Assembly (NCBI GenBank): GCA_965214935.1
Contig: CBDCCS010000018.1
Location: forward strand, 32,001-96,000
Length of the DNA stretch: 64,000 bases
Direction: 5' to 3'
Source of the DNA: Candidatus Velthaea sp.
Lineage (GTDB): Bacteria; Vulcanimicrobiota; Vulcanimicrobiia; Vulcanimicrobiales; Vulcanimicrobiaceae
The translations under genes and the position numbers were made by a program. Of this stretch, positions 58,510-64,000 are shown in pieces (the first letter of the stretch is position 1; each line of letters begins with the position of its first letter). The notes under the pieces were generated by a model that made no database searches, was not told the origin of the DNA, and was given only the letters and a program-made list of their open reading frames with translations.

Positions 58510-58860
58510 TTACGCCGTGCGCGTAAACGGGCGCTGCTTGCGCGCGCTCAGCGCGACGTACACGATGCGCGGACCGATTCCGATCAGCAGCGCTAAGGTA
58601 ATAAAGGCAAACGTCGGATGAACGTACTCGAGAAAGCCGTGCGGGATAAAGCGGCAAAAGAAGTTCGTGCCGAACATTGCCATGGCGAACAGGCCGTACC
58701 CCAATTGCAGGCGGCAATCGGGATCGATCGCCGTGCCGAAGAGCGAACGGCGATGCTTGGGCAGCCACCACCACAACATCGGCACGGCAAGCGCCAGCGC
58801 AATCGCTCCGCTCGCCGTTCCCCAAATCAAGTCGAACGCCCGATCGCCTTCCAAAAACAT
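58510..58860 (-). CDS. Small membrane protein
   Basis: Three hydrophobic helices from MFLEGDRAFDLIWG. Confidence 0.5.
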   Translation of the reverse strand: MFLEGDRAFDLIWGTASGAIALALAVPMLWWWLPKHRRSLFGTAIDPDCRLQLGYGLFAMAMFGTNFFCRFIPHGFLEYVHPTFAFITLALLIGIGPRIVYVALSARKQRPFTRTA

Positions 58861-59102
58861 GCCGCGTGCGTTCGGGACGGTCGAGGAACCCTCCCGCGCA
58901 AGAGTGCGGGAGTCTGTTGCTCCGACGAGCCGGGTAGTCGTATATGCACGGCCGTCCCGAACGTTTTCCGAGCGAGGGTCGGCCGTCACGCTGCGTGAAC
59001 GTCGGAGAACGAATTCGGCCGATAGGCTGGGCTTGCCGTTTCGCCTCTTGACGGTGGCAACGACCGACGACAGCACGACTACGCGCGAACATGGAGTTTT
59101 GA

Positions 59103-60050
59103 ATGCTTGCCGACCTCACGGTATACGCCGACGGCCGTTTCGCCCGCTACGACGAAGCGAAGATCGGGCTCTTGACGCATGGCCTGCATTACGGCACGGG
59201 TTGCTTTGAGGGCGTGCGCGGTTTCTGGTCGCACGCCGACGATGAACTCTATCTTTTACACGTCCGCGAGCATTACGAGCGACTAGCGCAATCAGCCAAG
59301 ATCCTCATGATGACGCTGCCGCATTCGGTCGATGAACTTACCGAAATTACCGTGGATCTCGTGATTCGCAACAATTTTCGCAGCGATATCTACATTCGGC
59401 CGTTTACGTATAAATCGGACGAGATGATCGGCGTCCGGTTACACGACATCAACCACAGTTTCGCAATCGTCGCTTTCCCGTTCTCGAAATATTTTGACGC
59501 GGATGCGAACGCCGGCTTGCGTTGCGGTGTGAGCTCATGGCGTCGGGTCGATGACACGAGCACGCCGGCGCGCGGAAAAATTACTGGCGCGTACGTTAAT
59601 TCGGCGCTCGCAAAAAGTGAAGCGATCTTAAATGGATTCGATGAAGCAATAATGCTTTCGCACGACGGACACGTAAGCGAAGGCAGTGCGGAGAATATTT
59701 TTATTTTGCGCGGCGGCGTGCTCTACACGCCCGGTCCGTCGGATAATATCCTAGAAGGCATCACGCGCCGAACGCTCATGCATCTCGCAAAACATGAACT
59801 CGGTCTGACGGTCGTCGAGCGCGCGATCGACCGCAGCGAACTCTTCTGTGCCGATGAGGTATTGCTTACCGGCAGCGGCGCCGGCATTCAATACGTATCA
59901 TCGATCGACCATCGCCTCGTCGGTGACGGAACGCAAGGGCCGGTTGCAAAAGCAATAACCGGCATCTATGCGCAACTTACGCGCGGCGAACTGCCGAAAT
60001 ACGCCGGCTGGCTCATTAAGACGTACGCGTCGCGCGCCGTTCGGGCTTAG
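59103..60050 (+). CDS. ilvE: Branched-chain amino acid aminotransferase
   Basis: LHYGTGCFEG, YIRP, KITGAY, EGSAENIF, LEGITR. Confidence 0.93.
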   Translation: MLADLTVYADGRFARYDEAKIGLLTHGLHYGTGCFEGVRGFWSHADDELYLLHVREHYERLAQSAKILMMTLPHSVDELTEITVDLVIRNNFRSDIYIRPFTYKSDEMIGVRLHDINHSFAIVAFPFSKYFDADANAGLRCGVSSWRRVDDTSTPARGKITGAYVNSALAKSEAILNGFDEAIMLSHDGHVSEGSAENIFILRGGVLYTPGPSDNILEGITRRTLMHLAKHELGLTVVERAIDRSELFCADEVLLTGSGAGIQYVSSIDHRLVGDGTQGPVAKAITGIYAQLTRGELPKYAGWLIKTYASRAVRA

Positions 60051-60081
60051 GGTTCGGGCCGGCGCGGCGACGCGCCAGGTA

Positions 60082-61179
60082 TTACGTTGGTGAAGCCGCC
60101 GGGGCCGGACTTGCAGCGGCATCCGGTGCCCCGTCGGATGGTGATTGTGGCTGCGGCAGCGGCGACGCTGCCGGCAATACCGGCGCATCTTGCGGCGCGG
60201 GAATGGCGTCGGCCGGTTCACCGACCGCCGGCGCGATATCCGGCAGCACCGGTGTTTGCGGTAGCGCCGGAATGCCCGGATAACCGTTGCTCTCACGCCA
60301 ATCGGCGAATCGCTCGAACGCATCGTACGCGATGCGCGAAACGCCGCGAATGAAGCGGCGTCCGGCCGCAAGACTCGGCAACTGCGTCGTCAACACGGCA
60401 ATGATGTACGGCGAACTATCGAGGTAAACGATCCCGACGTCGTTGAGCGTGTCGTGCAGCGTTCCGGTCTTATGCGCGACTTGCGTTCCGGGCGGCAAGG
60501 GCTGCGGCAGCAATCCGTTGTGACGCTGGCCGGTGAGAATTGTTATCATCGCGCGCGACGACCAGGCATCGATCAAACGATCGTGTGCCATCGCGTCGAG
60601 CAATTTGCTCATGTCCAGCGGGCTCGTTCGCAAGCTGCGGATATCGCCGTCGGAGCGAATGTAATCGGCGACGCGCGTTTGCCGCAGCCCCAAGCGGTTC
60701 ATCGTGCGATTGATATGAACGCGTCCGACGAGCCGAATGAGCATGTTCGTCGCGGTATTGTCGCTCTCGGTAATCATCAAGCGCACCAAACGCGCAACGG
60801 AGTAGCGCGCGCCGGGCCGGCCGCTCGAGAGATCGCCCCAGCCCCAATCCCGATCGCCGGCTTTTAGCGTTACCTCGCGGTTCAGATCGAATGCGCCGGC
60901 TGCCATTTGCCGGAACACTTCGACCATTACCGGGATCTTGATCGTCGATGCGGCGGGCATATTTGCCGATTGATTGATGCCGGTACTCAAGCCGGTCGTG
61001 AGATCTTTGACGATCACCGCGACATGGCCGGGCGCCCGCGTCGACATCAGCGCCAGCCGATTTTGCAGATCGCCCAGCGGTCCGGGCATCGCACCGGCGT
61101 TTGCCGCGCACGCGCTGCCGAGCAACGCAGCACAAAGTACGATGGCAACGATAGAGCGTCGCAGCACGTGCATCTGCAT
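60082..61179 (-). CDS. Serine hydrolase of class A beta-lactamase fold
   Basis: SxxK (ASTIK), SDN and KTG motifs; signal peptide; Pro/Ala-rich tail. Confidence 0.85.
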   Translation of the reverse strand: MQMHVLRRSIVAIVLCAALLGSACAANAGAMPGPLGDLQNRLALMSTRAPGHVAVIVKDLTTGLSTGINQSANMPAASTIKIPVMVEVFRQMAAGAFDLNREVTLKAGDRDWGWGDLSSGRPGARYSVARLVRLMITESDNTATNMLIRLVGRVHINRTMNRLGLRQTRVADYIRSDGDIRSLRTSPLDMSKLLDAMAHDRLIDAWSSRAMITILTGQRHNGLLPQPLPPGTQVAHKTGTLHDTLNDVGIVYLDSSPYIIAVLTTQLPSLAAGRRFIRGVSRIAYDAFERFADWRESNGYPGIPALPQTPVLPDIAPAVGEPADAIPAPQDAPVLPAASPLPQPQSPSDGAPDAAASPAPAASPT

Positions 61180-61238
61180 TCGTACTCATCATCGATGCCT
61201 TGCAACGCGAAGTCAAGGCCGTACCATCGTGCACATGT

Positions 61239-61370
61239 TTAGTGTTTGCTCGTTCGAACCGGCCCGCCGCAGTGCGGGCAACGAATTCCCGCATCGTCGC
61301 GAACGACGTGTAAACCGCACGAGCGGTGCGCGCATTCGGTTTTCCGGCACTCATAGCGTCCGAACGCCAA
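61239..61370 (-). CDS. Putative CPxCG zinc-finger microprotein
   Basis: TTG start; MAFGRYECRKTECAHRSCGLHVVRDDAGIRCPHCGGPVRTSKH. Confidence 0.45.
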   Translation of the reverse strand: MAFGRYECRKTECAHRSCGLHVVRDDAGIRCPHCGGPVRTSKH

Positions 61371-61507
61371 ACATTCTCGGTCGCGCGTCTTGCTATAACT
61401 TCCGCAGCGCTGCGGTGTTTGTGTGGCAGTGGCAAGCAACATCATAACGCCCCCTCATTACAGAGAATAGCGGACGTGCGTGCGAAATTCGTCCGTAGTC
61501 GGTCGCG

Positions 61508-62380
61508 CTACCGTTCGAACGGAATGCCGTCGGCCGCCGGCGCTCGCACGCGACCGGCAAAGCCCGCCAGTGCGACGAGCGCGGCAAGATACGGCAGTGC
61601 TTGCATGAGTTCGCTCGGGATGCCGGCGCGCTGCAGCGAATATTGCAGCGCGGCGAAAAAGCCGAAAAATAACGCCGCCCCGAGCGCACCGAGCGGGTTC
61701 CAACGCCCGAAAATTACGGCGGCGAGTGCGATGTATCCGCGACCGGCGGTCATTCCGTCGGAATAGAGATCGAGTTCGGCGAGTGAAAGGTACACGCCGC
61801 CGAGTGCGGCGATCCCGCCGCCGGCGATGACCGCCCAGAAGCGCGTTGCAAGCGCGTCGATGCCGGCGATCTCGGCGGCGCGCGGATTCTCGCCGCATGC
61901 GCGCACGCGCAGTCCCCACGGCGTGCGGAAGAGCATGAACCACAGTCCGGCGCTCATTACGAAAGCCAGGACGATCAGCACCGCTTCGCCCGGCTGTCCG
62001 AGGCTCGGTACCGAACGCGAAGCACCCGGCTGTCCGAAGATGAGCACGAGCCCGTACGCCGCTCCACCCAACGCAACGATGTTCAGGCCCGTGCCGGCGA
62101 CGATTTGATCGACGCCCAGCCGGGTCGCTGCGAACGCGAGGATGCTAGCGAGCAGTGCGCCCGCCACCACCCCGGCGAGCGCACCGGCGAGCGGGTTGCC
62201 GGTCGCGCCCGCAACGACCACGGAGAAAAATGCACCGGCGACCAAGATGCCTTCCAGGCCGATATTGACGACGCCCGAGCGTTCCGACAAAACGCCGCCG
62301 AGCGCGGCGTAGATGAGCGGCGTCGCCTTGATGAGCGTTAGGGTTAGCAGCGCTACGCTCGTCGCAGCAAAAGCGTTCAC
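61508..62380 (-). CDS. ABC transporter permease (nucleoside/sugar type)
   Basis: SERSGVVNIGLEG, RACGENPRAA, GRGYIALAAVIFGRW; GTG start at 62380. Confidence 0.9.
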   Translation of the reverse strand: MNAFAATSVALLTLTLIKATPLIYAALGGVLSERSGVVNIGLEGILVAGAFFSVVVAGATGNPLAGALAGVVAGALLASILAFAATRLGVDQIVAGTGLNIVALGGAAYGLVLIFGQPGASRSVPSLGQPGEAVLIVLAFVMSAGLWFMLFRTPWGLRVRACGENPRAAEIAGIDALATRFWAVIAGGGIAALGGVYLSLAELDLYSDGMTAGRGYIALAAVIFGRWNPLGALGAALFFGFFAALQYSLQRAGIPSELMQALPYLAALVALAGFAGRVRAPAADGIPFER

Positions 62381-63384
62381 GCGGTGCGTCCCCGCGCGAC
62401 GAAGCGCCGTCCGGCCAGCGCAATGATGACGAGTCCTTCGATCACGCTTACGACATCGCGCGGGACGTTCGCTTGGGCTTGCATGGCGATCGCACCGCTT
62501 TGCAAGATGCCGAAACCAAACGCGGCGATGATGATGAAGAGCGGTTCGAGATTGCCGACCAGGGCGACTGCGATTGCAAAAAAGCCGTAGCCGGGCGATA
62601 GTCCAGTGTTGAAGCGATGAAGCACGCCCATAACGATCGTCGCGCCGCCGAGTCCTGCGATCGCGCCCGACAGCGTCATTGCGACGAGCGCCGTGCGGCC
62701 AAGATCGATACCGGCCCGCCGGGCGGCTTCGGGCGCTTCGCCCGCCGCGCGCAATTCGTAGCCGACGACCGTCCGCGCGAACACGTACCACAGCACGACG
62801 GCCAGCCCGACGGCGATGATGAAACTGATCGTCAATCGCGTATCGGGGATGAGCACCGGCAGCCACGCCGCCGGCGGTAATTGCGGTGTTTCGGCGGCGC
62901 CCGCGCCGGGCTGTTTGAACGGGCCGTTTACCAGATAGGTCGCGAGCAGCGCGGCAACCGTGTTGAGCATCAGCGTCGAGATGACTTCGTTGGCACCAAA
63001 GCGCGCTTTGAGAAAACCGGCAAGTCCGCCCCACACGCCGCCGGCGCATGCCGCCGCGGCCAGGACGAGCGGGATCAACACCGGCGCCGGCAGCGGTAAG
63101 GCGACGCCTAGAACACCGGCCGTCAAACCGCCCAGCACGATCTGCCCCTCGGCACCGATATTGAACAGACCGGCGCGGAACGCGAGTGCAATGCCGAGCG
63201 CCGGAAACAGCAATGCCGTCGTCTGCAGCAGCGTCTCGGCAAGTTCGGATTGATTGCCTAACGCCCCGTCGAAGAGTGCGCTGAAGCCGTCGATCGGACT
63301 AACGTGCGCGAGCAGCATGGCGATGCTGCCGACGCCGAAGATGACGCCGAGCGCGATGAGCGCATCGCGCAGCGTGCGCTGCAT
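62377..63384 (-). CDS. ABC transporter permease (nucleoside/sugar type)
   Basis: GLFNIGAEGQ, NEVISTLMLN, GYELRAAG. Confidence 0.9.
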   Translation of the reverse strand: MQRTLRDALIALGVIFGVGSIAMLLAHVSPIDGFSALFDGALGNQSELAETLLQTTALLFPALGIALAFRAGLFNIGAEGQIVLGGLTAGVLGVALPLPAPVLIPLVLAAAACAGGVWGGLAGFLKARFGANEVISTLMLNTVAALLATYLVNGPFKQPGAGAAETPQLPPAAWLPVLIPDTRLTISFIIAVGLAVVLWYVFARTVVGYELRAAGEAPEAARRAGIDLGRTALVAMTLSGAIAGLGGATIVMGVLHRFNTGLSPGYGFFAIAVALVGNLEPLFIIIAAFGFGILQSGAIAMQAQANVPRDVVSVIEGLVIIALAGRRFVARGRTA

Positions 63385-64000
63385 CAGCCGCCGGCCATCA
63401 GCGCGCCGATCCGGCCGCGATCGATCGTCGAGCGGTTGAATTCTCCGACGAAGCGGCCGCCGAACATCACGTAGATGCGGTCCGCGAGTGCGAAAATCTC
63501 GTCGAGCTCGAATGAGATCAACAGCACGGCGGCGCCCGCGTTGCGGGCCTCGATCAAGCGCGAGCCGACCATCGTGGCTGCGCCGATGTCGATGCCGCGC
63601 GTCGGTTGATAGGCGACCACGAGCGCCGGCGTGCCGGCCAGCGCCCGGCCAACGACGATCTTCTGCTGATTACCGCCCGAAAGCGCGCCGACGATTGCCT
63701 CGGGGTTCGGCGGCCGGACATCGAAGCGCTCGATCACATCGCTCGCATAGCGCCCGGCGACGCTGCGGTCGATCGTCGTTCCGCGGCGTAAGGGCGGCGT
63801 CCGCTGCCGGCCGAGTGCGACATTTTCACGAATATTCCAGCCGAGCACGAGCGCTTCGTAGCGGCGGTCCTGTGGAATCACGCGGATGCCGCGGGCCATC
63901 CGCTGCGCGGGGCCGAGCGTCGGTGCCAGCACCTCACCGTCGAGCGTTATCTCGCCGCGATATTGTGCGATCCCGGCGAGCGAATCGGAAAGCAGCGTTT
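63384..64000 (-). CDS. ABC transporter ATP-binding protein, C-terminal part
   Basis: LSGGNQQK, QPTRGIDIG, LISFELDE; runs off the window end. Confidence 0.9.
   Translation of the reverse strand, partial: TLLSDSLAGIAQYRGEITLDGEVLAPTLGPAQRMARGIRVIPQDRRYEALVLGWNIRENVALGRQRTPPLRRGTTIDRSVAGRYASDVIERFDVRPPNPEAIVGALSGGNQQKIVVGRALAGTPALVVAYQPTRGIDIGAATMVGSRLIEARNAGAAVLLISFELDEIFALADRIYVMFGGRFVGEFNRSTIDRGRIGALMAGG

Noticed and set aside
60082..61179. Antibiotic-resistance beta-lactamase
   Set aside because: It has SxxK/SDN/KTG, but I see no class A omega-loop ExxLN motif; it is more likely a PBP-like serine hydrolase.

Overview
High-GC bacterial chromosome segment; the gene style is compatible with Eremiobacterota/Vulcanimicrobiia, but that is only an impression. 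1-13 kb holds a glyoxylate/glycolate assimilation cluster (gcl-hyi-glxR-glxK, GntR regulator, glcDEF, lactate/glycolate permease), an ankyrin protein and a frameshifted secreted protein. 13081-36713 is a visibly AT-richer ~23.6 kb island inserted right at the 3' CCA end of tmRNA (ssrA, 36720-37193, minus strand). It has 17-bp imperfect terminal inverted repeats, arrays of a TATCCCAnCGGA motif at both ends and an 8-9 bp flanking direct repeat. The apparent native ssrA terminator is stranded at the far end and a replacement hairpin lies inside the island. I see no tyrosine/serine integrase or Tn7 genes. The only plausible mobility module is a SWIM-finger DDE (IS4/IS5-like YREK) transposase, divergently paired with a protein of four tandem winged-HTH repeats; this is the candidate novel system. 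Cargo is mostly defence-like: HEPN/ApeA-like, Shedu-like, HNH, PIN-GNAT/ASCH/kinase, exonuclease-TM, and a Myb-LAGLIDADG gene broken by an IS3. 37-64 kb is housekeeping DNA (secretin, pnp, ggt, rpsO, fni, PfpI, NAPRTase-like, PolX-PHP, PAS-GGDEF-EAL, Crp, OFA transporter, ilvE, ABC transporter). Many single-base frameshifts, mostly at homopolymers, suggest sequencing or assembly error.
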